Shown in pieces: positions 1-10,788 of a DNA stretch of 64,000 bases. Position 1 is the stretch's first letter, and every line of letters begins with the position of its first letter. The notes under the pieces were generated by a model, which did no database searches, was not told where the DNA came from, and saw nothing but the letters and a program-made list of their open reading frames with translations. A program made the translations under genes and the position numbers. Source of the stretch: a virus. The stretch is from the IMG/VR virus record IMGVR_UViG_3300033049_000020, positions 64,001 through 128,000 of that record; one strand, written 5' to 3'.

Positions 1-2
1 TT

Positions 3-380
3 TTGAAGTCAAAACCTAACTCAACTAAGAATATCTGGATTAAGGATATGTTAGAACCTAAAACATCCTCTGGATTGTATCTTAGCTACACAATGGCTCG
101 TTTACTATCTGCTGGGTTGGCACTCCCAACGTATGAAGATATATTAGCTGATTCCTTCATCAGTAAGGAGATTCAATTCGCCTACATTAAGGCAAAGATT
201 AATATGATGCCTAATACGCTATTAGAAGCGTTGGTAGAGCACTGTAAGATGATTAACACGTTATACATCGACCATCATATTAAGGACAATCCTGAGAATC
301 AGAAGATGTTCCAGCCAATGTTGGAAGATTTATCTTACGGAATGTTGTGCTTAGGTATGTACGAAGTAACTAAAGTATAA
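3..380 (+). CDS. argS: Arginyl-tRNA synthetase C-terminal (DALR-type anticodon-binding) region; 5' end outside window
   Basis: GLYLSYTMARLLSA resembles the ArgRS GPYLQYAHAR motif; C-terminal LSYGMLCLGM resembles L..GL.LLGI; directly followed by Arg tRNA cluster. Confidence 0.6.
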   Translation: MKSKPNSTKNIWIKDMLEPKTSSGLYLSYTMARLLSAGLALPTYEDILADSFISKEIQFAYIKAKINMMPNTLLEALVEHCKMINTLYIDHHIKDNPENQKMFQPMLEDLSYGMLCLGMYEVTKV

Positions 381-520
381 TGGCGACTATTGGAGAAAAC
401 TGGAATGAGCATGAGTCAGATGATAAGGTGCTAATGATTCTTGCCTTTGTAATTGGTTTTATAATGGCAATGGGATTTGGATTAGGTTTTTTAATTGCTT
501 GGTTCATGTTTGCTTAAAAC

Positions 521-591
521 GCCCCTATGGTGTAATGGATGCATAAGACTTTCCTAAAGTTTTGGTGGAGGTTCGAACCCTTCTAGGGGTA
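521..591 (+). tRNA. tRNA-Arg(CCT)
   Basis: Acceptor GCCCCTA/TAGGGGT, loop TTCCTAA, GTTCGAA T-loop. Confidence 0.85.
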
Positions 592-594
592 CAC

Positions 595-667
595 ACTCTC
601 TTGGTGTAACTGGATAGCACTTGAAACTACGAATTTCAGAGTAAGAGTTCAAATCTCTTGGAGAGTA
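595..667 (+). tRNA. tRNA-Arg(ACG)
   Basis: Acceptor ACTCTCT/GGAGAGT, loop CTACGAA. Confidence 0.85.
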
Positions 668-673
668 CTTTAT

Positions 674-752
674 GGCGGTGTAGCCCGTTCAGGTTTCGAC
701 CCTGTTAACGGTAATGGAGCTGCAAATGTGGGTTCGAATCCCACCTCCGTCT
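674..752 (+). ncRNA. Non-canonical D-armless tRNA-Arg(TCG)-like RNA
   Basis: Acceptor GGCGGTG/CTCCGTC, T arm GTGGG-TTCGAAT-CCCAC, hairpin CAGG-TTTCGAC-CCTG on an extended stem. Confidence 0.6.
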
Positions 753-785
753 CAACGTTACAGTATATACTTTATTGTGTAATAT

Positions 786-865
786 GGGGGTATAACCGAC
801 TAAGTTTTCTAAACTTTTAATCGTAATCGGAGTTGAAAATGGGGGTTCGAGTCCCTCTACCCCTT
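786..865 (+). ncRNA. Non-canonical D-armless tRNA-Arg(TCT)-like RNA
   Basis: Acceptor GGGGGTA/TACCCCT, T arm GGGGG-TTCGAGT-CCCTC, hairpin AAGT-TTTCTAA-ACTT on an extended stem. Confidence 0.6.
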
Positions 866-939
866 CAACAATTTAATACCAAGGTTTACATTGATTTTCT
901 CAATAATTATGCGTATCTTTGTACTATAAAACTTAGAAC

Positions 940-1410
940 ATGATTAAACTTAAAGAGAAAAATACGGACAAGCCCAAAGGTGGCAAAATACCTTATTACG
1001 AACTAGTATTCGACTACATGATTGGTGATGCTAATGGGGATACAACAGAGACGATTACAACATCAGTGGACAACCCACATGTAGAGAGATTTGTAAAATT
1101 AATAAACAGCTTAAAACCACTAAACGGTACTTGGGGTATCGTATTCTGTGAATATGAGGTAGAGGGATTTTCAGAGCAATTGGAATTGGAGGACTACCAA
1201 TTTCTGAATGCTGCATTGTTTGGTATTCACGGTAGAGAGGATTTGGATGATAATCCATATTTCGCAGAGGGTTTTGAAGATAACTATTTATGTGAATTTG
1301 AAGACGGAGTTCGTGGAGAGACTGAGTATTCATTCTTAGTATTTCAAGGAGTTGACCTATATTACTATGACGAATACGGTGTAAAGAACGAAACTGAAAT
1401 CACCTCATAA
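940..1410 (+). CDS. Hypothetical phage protein
   Basis: 156 aa ORF after TATCTTTG promoter. Confidence 0.7.
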   Translation: MIKLKEKNTDKPKGGKIPYYELVFDYMIGDANGDTTETITTSVDNPHVERFVKLINSLKPLNGTWGIVFCEYEVEGFSEQLELEDYQFLNAALFGIHGREDLDDNPYFAEGFEDNYLCEFEDGVRGETEYSFLVFQGVDLYYYDEYGVKNETEITS

Positions 1411-2232
1411 TGGTAGATATCAAGGAAGAGTATAACAAATTCGAAGTCTGGCTATCAACACAATCTAAAGTTGATATAGCTGGTCTTTTGTTGCCGACTA
1501 GAAATTGGTCTAATATAAAGACCAATGCTCACGAAATTCTTGAAAGACGTTATCGTTGGTTTACAACAATACAAGAGGAACCTAATATCGAAATAGTAAT
1601 GGGTGATAAGGTAGTTACGTTGGAAGATATATCTAACCATATGGTTAAGTACATTAGTAAGTTTGAGGATGAGCCTCAATCGGTGACTTTGACTGAAGCT
1701 CAGTATAAAGTGCTGGAAGAGTCAGAACACAAACGAATGTGGTTACGGTCATTAAAGAACATCTAATGAAATGTGATAAGCATAGTCAAGGTATGATAGT
1801 CCTACACGCATTCTCCGATGGTGAGTGTGAAGTATGTGGACAAGAGGTAGTTACAGCGCATATCCCTTGTGATGAGGTATGTGAACGTTGTAGTGAAGAC
1901 AATAACCTTTGCCAAGTTTGTGGAGAGAAGATAAGTAAGGTTACAGTCAAGATTGGCCACGTAACCGACATTGACGAGGGAGTGGTAACCTGTTTACTAC
2001 GAGCCGAAAAAGAAATTCACGATGAAATCGAATTCAACATAGAAACATTAACTGAAGAACAACTACAATACGTAGAAATAGGTAATACTATGAGATTCAA
2101 TAAGGAGACTTATGAGATTGAATTCATGAAAGAAGATATGAGCTACATCCAACCTAATTATGAGTTGGAGTACTGTGAAACCTGTATACAAATGACCAAC
2201 CACTTATACGGTAAGTGTCAAAAACATAAAAA

Positions 2233-2547
2233 ATGAAAGAACATTACGAACGAAGTCATGAGCTTAATACTTATGATGTTGCACCCACTTCTGAGAAGCT
2301 ATGTAAATTATTCGAAGAGGTCGGAGAATTGGCTCAAGGGGTTAATAAAACCATCGGTAGAAAGATTACCAATGATACGCCAGAAGATATACGAGATAAT
2401 GTATTAGAAGAGGCGGCAGATACACTACAATGTATTTTCTCCCTATTGGGTGATTATGACGTTACTTACGAAGAATTATGTGACCGAATAGGAGTCAAAA
2501 ATGAGAGATGGTTAGAAGTAATTAATAAGCGTAAACAGAAGGTATAA
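2233..2547 (+). CDS. MazG-like nucleotide pyrophosphohydrolase
   Basis: EEVGELAQ...EEAADTL motifs. Confidence 0.8.
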   Translation: MKEHYERSHELNTYDVAPTSEKLCKLFEEVGELAQGVNKTIGRKITNDTPEDIRDNVLEEAADTLQCIFSLLGDYDVTYEELCDRIGVKNERWLEVINKRKQKV

Positions 2548-2782
2548 TCTTTACCATGTGAGGCGATATTTATATCTAAAGCCCACATGAAGGACTCAAT
2601 CAGAAATAAGCTTCGGGAAGCTATTAAGTTTAATGGTATAGTTTACGATGGTGTAGACACACCTAACGGTAAAGTCATGATAAGTGACGATGGTGTATTA
2701 GGTTATGATGGAATTCTAATTCCGTGGGATATAATCGAAAGCCAAATGATTAAACGTGGGGCTAGTAATTGTTCTCAGTGGA

Positions 2783-3435
2783 AATGAAATTGTACCCAAT
2801 ATTAGAATCAGTTTTATCTGAAGAGGAAGTATTTGAAACTATCGAGACTTTAATGGGTGAAGAATATCCTTCCAGTTTTAATATGGAAGAGTTCAAAACA
2901 TTGCGTTCATATAGTGCAAGGGTACGATACTGTGAAACTCATTTACAACGAATAGCGGCTGGTACTGCCAGAGTGGTATTTAAAATTGATAATGAAAAGG
3001 TACTTAAGTTGGCCAAGAATCAAAAAGGTCTGGCTCAGAACGAAGTTGAAATATCTTATTCCCAATATAATGACCTTGAACATGTTCTAGCTAGAACATT
3101 CGATTACGAACCAAATGAAACTAAATACAGCACAATTCACTAATATAACAGGATTCAAATGGAAGGATTTTCAAGCTGCTATTCATAATTATGGACAAGA
3201 TGTTAATGGACGTGGTGGTGGTTATAAAATGCCAATAGACCACATGGTTTCATAAACCATGTGGGAAGAAGAATTTATTTATGGTGTATTCGATTATATT
3301 GGTAACTACGGTGTTCCAGCAGGTGACCTTACTAGAATGAATTCTTATGGAGTTGTTAAGCGTGGTGGAACTGACGAAATTGTTATCATTGACTACGGTT
3401 TAACATCTGACGTATATTCATCATATTATAGTTAA
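2783..3435 (+). pseudogene. Disrupted protein-kinase-like gene
   Basis: GTARVVF..KVLKLA..NEVE N-lobe; frame break near 3120-3140 and in-frame TAA at 3253; downstream frame continues GDL..NSYG...VIIDYG to stop at 3435. Confidence 0.55.
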
Positions 3436-3440
3436 ATTTA

Positions 3441-3472
3441 TTTGTATTTCTCAATTTAATTTAGTATCTTTG
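3441..3472 (+). promoter_or_regulatory. Bacteroidota sigma-type promoter (TTTG...TAnnTTTG); example of >25 copies in the window
   Basis: TTTG 3441-3444 and TATCTTTG 3465-3472; same motif recurs before many operons (e.g. ~914, 9850, 16539, 26885, 40298, 45572, 60858). Confidence 0.85.
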
Positions 3473-3554
3473 TAATATGATTTTTGCAATAGATTTTGAT
3501 GGGTAGCGGATTTTACTGATTTATCTACATATTTATTACTATAAAGGTAATGAT

Positions 3555-4271
3555 ATGGCAAAGGATAAAATCGGTATCTATATGATACTTAACAAAGTTA
3601 ACGGTAAAAGGTATATAGGTTCATCTAAGAATGTTCGGAAAAGAAAAAACAGACATTTTAGTGAACTTAGACGAGACGTACATAAGAATCGTAAGTTACA
3701 AAATTCATTTAACAAATACGGTGAAGATAAGTTTGAATTTAAACTATTAGAGGAAGTTTCGGACGAGAAGGACTTGATAGTTAGGGAACAGGTATTTATA
3801 AACGAATTAAAACCAAAGTTAAATATAAATTTAATTGCAAACTCTTCATTAGGTGTAAAACGAAGTGAGGAGACTAAAGAGAAAGTAAGGCAAGCTAACT
3901 TAGGACTTAAACATCCAGAATGGAGAAATAAAATAAAGAGTGAGGCGCAGGGTGGTGATAATCATTGGACTAAGAGTAAATCGTTTTCTGATGAAGCCAA
4001 AGAAAATATGAGTAACACTCATAAAGAGTTATATAAAAATGGGTATGTTAACCCTAGAAAAGGGGTTAAGGAATCTGAAGAGATTATAAATAGGAAGAGA
4101 ATAATAAGTGCTAAACCAATACAAATGTTTGATTTAGAGGGTAATATGGTTGGAGAATTTGGTTCTGCGAAAGAAGCGCACGAACAATGCGGCTTCAGTC
4201 CCCAATACATTGGTCAATGTTGTAATGGTAAACGAGAAAAATATAAAGGATATGTCTGGAAATTCAAATAA
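3555..4271 (+). mobile_element. GIY-YIG homing endonuclease (NUMOD3/NUMOD1 domains)
   Basis: GIYMILN..KRYIGSS; C-terminal CCNGKREKYKGYVWK. Confidence 0.9.
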
Positions 4272-4683
4272 AACAATTACAGTAGCCGTGGATTTTGATG
4301 GTACTTGTGTCACACATGAATACCCATTAGTGGGTTCGGATATAGGTGCGGCTGAAGTTCTACGTAAATTAGTAGATAAAGGCCATCAATTAATCCTATT
4401 CACTATGCGTAGTGATGGAGAGGTAAGTAATACGAGTTTCGGCACTCCACATGGACTAACCGATGCCGTTAATTGGTTCAAAAAGAATGACTTACCATTA
4501 TTTGGTATTCAGACTAATCCAGAGCAAAAATCGTGGACAGAATCACCAAAGGCATATGCTCAAATGTATATTGACGATGCAGCATTAGGTTGTCCGTTAC
4601 TATATGATGCAAATTTATCCTTAAGACCATTTGTAGATTGGAAAAGTGTAGAAAAACTATTAAAAGCTAAAGAGTTGATATGA
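4252..4683 (+). CDS. HAD-superfamily phosphatase (BT0820-like)
   Basis: AVDFDGT, LFTMR, YIDDAA motifs. Confidence 0.8.
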   Translation: MSGNSNKTITVAVDFDGTCVTHEYPLVGSDIGAAEVLRKLVDKGHQLILFTMRSDGEVSNTSFGTPHGLTDAVNWFKKNDLPLFGIQTNPEQKSWTESPKAYAQMYIDDAALGCPLLYDANLSLRPFVDWKSVEKLLKAKELI

Positions 4684-5441
4684 AACGTGCATTTTTAGAA
4701 AAGGAAGCTGGTGAATGGGCTTATGATTTTGTTTTCACGTCCAAACAAGCAGCTATTGATTTAGGGTATGAAGTAATACCTTGTGATACTGTCAGAGGAT
4801 TCGACTTTAATTACCCAAATATTACTGAGGATATTTGTATTGGTTCAGTAGAGTTCACAGAGATGTTTTTCAAGGAATGTGGTGTAATGACTCCTGAATA
4901 TCTTGGCTATCCAGACTCTCTCATTAATAATAAGAGCGCTATGGGTAGAACTGTAACTGAATGTACTGTGTATGACTTAATTAACCATGAATATCCATAC
5001 TTTGTTAAACCTTCAAGAAAGGTTAAACAGTTTACGGGTGACGTGATAGAGAATGATGGTCAAATGCGAATATTCAGAGATTATTATGATGTAGCTGATG
5101 ATACGGAATTGTACCTATCAGATGTGGTTAATTTCGTAAGTGAATATCGATGCTTTATTCATAATGGTGAGTTGAAAGGTATTCAATACTATAAAGGTGA
5201 CTTTACGGTATTCCCTAGAATGAAAGCGATTAAATACATTATGAATATCTATGAAAATGATTTAACCACAAAACCATTGGCTTATACAATGGATGTTGGT
5301 GTATTGGATACTGGGGAAACACATTTGGTAGAGTTGAATGACATGTGGGCAATTGGTGCTTATGGATTTGACTCAGAGGATTATGTTAGAATGATAATTA
5401 GTCGTTTTAGACAAATGGCTTTTGCGTTAACTACGAAATAA
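4680..5441 (+). CDS. ATP-grasp (R2K-like) protein
   Basis: FVKP..K.FTG, SEYRCF, MDVG...LVELND. Confidence 0.75.
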   Translation: MKRAFLEKEAGEWAYDFVFTSKQAAIDLGYEVIPCDTVRGFDFNYPNITEDICIGSVEFTEMFFKECGVMTPEYLGYPDSLINNKSAMGRTVTECTVYDLINHEYPYFVKPSRKVKQFTGDVIENDGQMRIFRDYYDVADDTELYLSDVVNFVSEYRCFIHNGELKGIQYYKGDFTVFPRMKAIKYIMNIYENDLTTKPLAYTMDVGVLDTGETHLVELNDMWAIGAYGFDSEDYVRMIISRFRQMAFALTTK

Positions 5442-5447
5442 TAAGAA

Positions 5448-6398
5448 ATGAACAAGAACGTAATAAGAAATAAGGTAAGAGAAGCACTAGGAAGTGTTAA
5501 CTCTATTGGGGTGGCTATCACTAAGCCAAACCAAGAGTTAATTGTTATGAGGGGTGTTTCTGGGGCTGGTAAGTCCACTAGAGCTAGAGAAGTAGTCGGT
5601 GAAGGAGCAATACACTCAACTGATGACCTTTGGGAAGCTACTGGTGACTACTTAGGTGCCTTCAAGAAGATGAACGAGACTGGTGACTGGTCGGCACACG
5701 GTAAGATGCATAACTTAAATTTCACTAACGCGAAAGCGTCAATGGAAACGGGTGTATCTCCAGTTGTTATCGATAATACCAATCTTAAGGCTTCGGATGC
5801 GAAAGCATATGTTAAGGCTGCATTGGAATTGGGTTATTCGGATGTTAATATCAAGGTTGAAGACGTTGGAACGAACGGTTTGACTGTTGAGGTATTGGCT
5901 GAAAGAAATACTCACGGTGTACCATTGGATAAAATTAAGAAGATGGTTAACGTTCATAAGAGCGTTGGAACATTGACAGTTAAGAAGATTATGGAAGCCT
6001 CTGGCGGTAAGAACCGACCAAAGGTTCTATATTCTGCTGTGGTTTTAGATGAAAACTCTAAGACCAAATTGTTGACTGCGTTGAAGCATTTAATCCCAGA
6101 AGGATGGGCACTATTCGCGCATCACATGACAATTGTATTTGCTAAAGGACTACCTGATGACCTTAAAGGGGATTTGGGTGAGACTGTGACGCTTAGAGCG
6201 ACTGAAATCGGTATATCCGATATGGCGATAGCCGTTAAGGTTGATGGATATTTCACAACTAACGATATTCCACACATTACGCTTGCGGCTAACACTGAGG
6301 CAGGTGGGAAGCCATTCATGTCTAATAAAATTACAAATTGGAAACCATTGGGGTCATACGTGAGCCTTACTGGTGTTGTAACTGAGATAAGGTCATGA
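5448..6398 (+). CDS. AAA_33 polynucleotide-kinase-like domain fused to 2H cyclic phosphodiesterase
   Basis: GVSGAGKST P-loop, VIDNTN, RNTHGVP; HHMT and HITL 2H motifs. Confidence 0.8.
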   Translation: MNKNVIRNKVREALGSVNSIGVAITKPNQELIVMRGVSGAGKSTRAREVVGEGAIHSTDDLWEATGDYLGAFKKMNETGDWSAHGKMHNLNFTNAKASMETGVSPVVIDNTNLKASDAKAYVKAALELGYSDVNIKVEDVGTNGLTVEVLAERNTHGVPLDKIKKMVNVHKSVGTLTVKKIMEASGGKNRPKVLYSAVVLDENSKTKLLTALKHLIPEGWALFAHHMTIVFAKGLPDDLKGDLGETVTLRATEIGISDMAIAVKVDGYFTTNDIPHITLAANTEAGGKPFMSNKITNWKPLGSYVSLTGVVTEIRS

Positions 6399-6655
6399 GG
6401 ATAGTTGATAAAATAATTGAACAGTATCCTGATGAACATATAATATTGTTTGATGGTTTTGACGATGCAGTTATTGGGCTTGACCCATATAAAATGACTG
6501 TTATATATTCAATAGAGCAGTGTCTGGAGATTCTTGTTGAAAGAGATGAAATGACTCCAGACGAAGCTGTTGAATTCTTTGAATTCAACGTAGCTGGCAC
6601 ATTATTAGGTGAAGACACACCAATATGGTTGGATGATTTAACGGAATATTAGGAT

Positions 6656-7210
6656 ATGTCAAAATTATTTCGTACCTTTGTAGAAGAAAAAAGAAAACAG
6701 AAAAATATGCCAAAAGACATAGAGATTGAACGTAAGTTTCTAATGAGGGTTAATCCTTTCAGATTCGATTATGACGATGTAGTAGAGATACACCAATGCT
6801 ACCTTCCCAGAGATGAGGAAGGGTTTACGGTTAGATATCGAGCAACAGCATTAGATGGAGTCGCGGCATACGTCAAGACAAGGAAGAAAAGAATATCTGA
6901 CATGTCATGTACAGAACTTGAACATAAAGTGACCAAGCCTGAGTATGATAGAGCAGAAGAAGAGAGTTTAAAGAGTTTAGTAAAATTAAGATATAGAAAG
7001 AAAATAGGTAATTTAGTTTGGGAACTAGATGATTTCTTAACGTCCCGACTTATGATTATGGAGGTAGAATTACCTAGCGAAGATTATGAGTTTGATATTC
7101 CTAAAGAGGTGGAAATTTGTACACTTATGGAAGTAACGGGAATTGATGAGTTCTACAATGAAAACATTGCAATTACAGACGAAGTTGCTGCAACACAGAT
7201 AAGAGTATGA
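6656..7210 (+). CDS. CYTH-domain protein
   Basis: EIERKFL, WELD.F, EVEL. Confidence 0.85.
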   Translation: MSKLFRTFVEEKRKQKNMPKDIEIERKFLMRVNPFRFDYDDVVEIHQCYLPRDEEGFTVRYRATALDGVAAYVKTRKKRISDMSCTELEHKVTKPEYDRAEEESLKSLVKLRYRKKIGNLVWELDDFLTSRLMIMEVELPSEDYEFDIPKEVEICTLMEVTGIDEFYNENIAITDEVAATQIRV

Positions 7211-7379
7211 TTGACGGAGACGAATTAATTAAAAGATTTTGGAAAGAAAGTGCTGAACTTATGGAAAGGCACAGGGAAAAGGATAAAGAAAGACAAGCTC
7301 AAGGTATAGTAGATTGTAGAATCTTAATAACTAGGATACAGGGCACGTTAAAACAAGAAGAGTTTAACAAGAAGAAATA

Positions 7380-8075
7380 ATGATTATAATTGGTGACATC
7401 CACGGTAACTTCGGGTACCTTGAGTACCTATTTAAGCAAATGAAGGGGCTAAACCTTTTTCATGTTGGTGATTTCGGTATGGGCGATAGCATCATCAATG
7501 GTGGTGTTACGCTTAAGAGGTTAGATGCTAAATTGAAAGTGGCCAATAATGTCATGTACGTTATTCGTGGTAATCACGACAATCCAGCATTTTGGACTGG
7601 TGACCACATGTACGACAACATCAAGCTAATTCCTGACTACACAGTTGTAGAAGCAGAAGGAAAAAGGTTTCTTGGTGTAGGTGGTGCAATAAGCATCGAT
7701 AGAGTACCTAGATTAGCTGGAATTGGGTTTTGGTGGGAAGATGAGGTATTCGTTCTAGATAGAGATAAATTGGCTGAGATGCGAGATATAGATGTCGTAG
7801 TGACACATACTGCGCCTCACTTTGCATATCCTACTGAAATTAATGGTCTTGTGAGAAGCTACGCTAAGAACGACCCAATGCTGATTCAAATGTTGGCAAA
7901 GGAGAGACTTGACCTTACAGAGATGTATGATATTATTAAGGAGAATAATACCATCACTGATTGGTTTTACGGTCACTTTCATACTAACAAGTTGACGCTG
8001 CATGATGGTGTTAAGTTTAGAGTTATCGGAATTAACGATACTTACGACCTAAGATTAGATATGGAGACTGGGTAG
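7380..8075 (+). CDS. Calcineurin-like metallophosphoesterase
   Basis: GDIHG, GDFG, RGNHD, GHFH. Confidence 0.9.
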   Translation: MIIIGDIHGNFGYLEYLFKQMKGLNLFHVGDFGMGDSIINGGVTLKRLDAKLKVANNVMYVIRGNHDNPAFWTGDHMYDNIKLIPDYTVVEAEGKRFLGVGGAISIDRVPRLAGIGFWWEDEVFVLDRDKLAEMRDIDVVVTHTAPHFAYPTEINGLVRSYAKNDPMLIQMLAKERLDLTEMYDIIKENNTITDWFYGHFHTNKLTLHDGVKFRVIGINDTYDLRLDMETG

Positions 8076-8121
8076 ACAATTTAGTCTACCCAGTCTCCTA
8101 CTTATAGAAAAGAAGATTACA

Positions 8122-8706
8122 ATGGAAAATGAAGTATTAAATAATTTAAGGAAAAGATTGACTGAGATGAAGAATGGGGTAACAAGGTTAGAGGTATTTG
8201 ATTTTGATGGCACTTTGATTGATACGCCACTACCAGAGAATGGGAAACCAATCTGGGAGAAAGCAACTGGTAAAGAATGGCCACATAAAGGTTGGTGGAG
8301 TAGACTTGAGTCTCTTGACCAAGACATCTTCGAGATGAGAGCTTTGCCACAGGTAACTGCTGCTTACAAGCAAGCGGCATCTAGACTAGATACCATGAAA
8401 ATCATGATGACAGGAAGACGTGGTGGGCGAAAGTATGATGCGCTGATGGCGGCTGTTAAATCTATCTTAGACAAGAAGGGACTTACTTTCGATGGGTATT
8501 ACTACAACTATAAGGGTGAAACATCTGCTTATAAGATTAGTGAACTTAATAAAATATTGTCTGAAAATCCTAACATCGTTGATGTAACGTTGTATGATGA
8601 TAGAGTGGCTCACGAGCCAACATTTCAGGAATGGGGGAAATCGCTACTAGATAATGGGAGACTAGAGAATTTCACATTTAACTTGGTAACGAGTGACCAT
8701 CATTAG
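8122..8706 (+). CDS. HAD phosphatase, Swiss-Army-Knife RNA-repair-like
   Basis: FDFDGTLIDTP, GWW, MTGR, YDDR..H. Confidence 0.75.
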   Translation: MENEVLNNLRKRLTEMKNGVTRLEVFDFDGTLIDTPLPENGKPIWEKATGKEWPHKGWWSRLESLDQDIFEMRALPQVTAAYKQAASRLDTMKIMMTGRRGGRKYDALMAAVKSILDKKGLTFDGYYYNYKGETSAYKISELNKILSENPNIVDVTLYDDRVAHEPTFQEWGKSLLDNGRLENFTFNLVTSDHH

Positions 8707-9325
8707 AATCCTTTTTTATGAATCGATTAATATAAGTGCATAATGGTTGAAGATTTGTATGATGGTTTAACCTGATTACATCTTCTTCCGTTATTGCTGA
8801 CGATATTACCACAACGTGGTCAATATCCCAAGTCTTATTCAGTTCATATATACCGTCTTTAGGATTACCGTAGTTGTCCCAATTCATCCAATCTTCCCAT
8901 TGTGACTCAATATGTATTTTGAATTCATCGAATGAACATCCTAATATTTCATGGGTTCTAGACTTCTTACGATACCCACGTTTCTTAAATGCGCCCCTAA
9001 TGGAACATCTAGTATAATGCTTCAACTTATATAGTGGGTCGGTAGCTAGCTTCTTACGAACATAATCCCCATTAGCTTTTTTACGTTTATCTGGGTTATT
9101 TTTAGCCCATAACACTTTTCTAGCGTTTTCTTGCTCTACATTCTTCTGAGCGTATTTCTTATCACTAATCTTTTTTCCCTCTTTATTACGCAGTTTATTC
9201 TCCGCAATTATATCTGGATTTTTCATTCTCCATACTTTAGCCTTTTCCCGTAGTTTAACTTTGTTTTTCCTCCGATATTCTATATCGTATAATCTTTTAG
9301 CTTCTTTTTTCTCTTCTGGTATCAT
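8678..9325 (-). mobile_element. HNH-type homing endonuclease
   Basis: LGCSFDEFK..WMNWDNYG..WDIDH..NHHTNLQPL; likely start MIPEEK after TATTTA motif; paralog of 57725-58291. Confidence 0.7.
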
Positions 9326-9869
9326 ACTATTGTTTTTAGATAAATATAGGGCTAACAACCCAAAAGACGACAGAGACGAACATTTATTTTCGGTTGGGGG
9401 GTTGACAAAACGAAAAGTTTCGCGTAACTTTGTACTATAAATTAATACTATGACATTTAATAATAAAATTAACATACCAAACCCACCCCAGTTTCCTGTG
9501 ATGGAATTTAGCGATAAAGCACTAATATGTATATACGGCAATGTTGACCTAACAGAAGTTAGAAAGTTAAAGCCTTACCATGAGGTGCTGAAAGATATTC
9601 CATGGTTTTTAAGTAATCACGATATTACCAAAGTAAAAGAAATTAATAAGATGCCTTTTATGGAAATATTAGAACGATTAAATAGTATAGTGGAAACTAA
9701 TAACCTACCAAAGAAAATGATACCTAATTTAAAAAAGATTAGTCTTATTCCAAGAAAGAAAATTGATACGAGGACTGGAGATGTCACAGCGCAATGAGTT
9801 TGCTGAAATTTATTATCCGTAAAGACTTGTATAAGTCAATATAATTTCGTATCTTTGTAAAGAAAGAAG

Positions 9870-10379
9870 ATGAATTACATGGACACAAAAGTAAAAGAAG
9901 CAAGGATGGTCGCTGTTAAGGCGCACTCAGGACAATACTATGATGATATTTTCCCTTACGAGAAGCATCTTGATGATGTAGTAGAGGTTCTTAAATCTCA
10001 TAATATTGTATCACCTTCATTATTGAAGGCGGCTTATCTACACGATGTGATTGAGGACTGTAATGTATCCTACAACGATATTAAAGATTATTTTGGTGAA
10101 GATGTTGCAGAAATTGTGTACTGTGTAACAGATGAGCTTGGACGTAATCGTAAAGAGCGAAAAGCTAAGACTCTTCCAAAGATAGCGTCAAACGCTGATG
10201 CCGTCATCGTGAAGCTGGCTGATAGAATTGCCAATATTAATCACGGTGGTAAGGTTGGTATGTATGCTAAAGAGTACTCTGATTTTAGAGATGTATTAAA
10301 GCAACCTGACACATTAGCTGAACCACTATGGGATGAACTAGATAGAATTATGAATTATAAAATAGAGGTAAATGTCTAA
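9870..10379 (+). CDS. HD-domain (p)ppGpp hydrolase (Mesh1/SpoT-HD-like)
   Basis: AH.GQ..PY.KH..V, LHDVIED, VKLADRIAN. Confidence 0.85.
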   Translation: MNYMDTKVKEARMVAVKAHSGQYYDDIFPYEKHLDDVVEVLKSHNIVSPSLLKAAYLHDVIEDCNVSYNDIKDYFGEDVAEIVYCVTDELGRNRKERKAKTLPKIASNADAVIVKLADRIANINHGGKVGMYAKEYSDFRDVLKQPDTLAEPLWDELDRIMNYKIEVNV

Positions 10380-10788
10380 TAATTGGGACGAGCTTGCGGC
10401 CAAGGAAGGTTTAGAGACTGAAGCTGGATATAAAGTGGTTTTTATGAATCACAAACATTTCGATAGAAATAGTCCTATGATGTTAAATCATTTTAAGGAT
10501 GGTGAGAAATATGTTACAGTAGAAGAAGCATTAAGTGCCATAAGATTAGCAGAACAAGCACTAAAAAAGAAGTACAATATAAAATAATGCAACACAAGAA
10601 AGATTTATTAATGGGTAGAGTCCTTAAATTAAAGGAAGATACCGAGTTAAGCAACGATTTAAAGTTCAAGAAAGGACAAGAGTTTGAATTGGTTAAGAAT
10701 ATGGTGTACATGAGGGGTATACCAGTTCAACCTAATATGCAACGGTACATATATAACTGGATAATAAACAACCAAAAACTATTTGTAG

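Noticed and set aside
380-520. Attenuator leader for the Arg tRNA cluster
   Set aside because: The 45-aa ORF is hydrophobic, has no Arg codons and no terminator follows; any Arg leader would lie upstream of the window.
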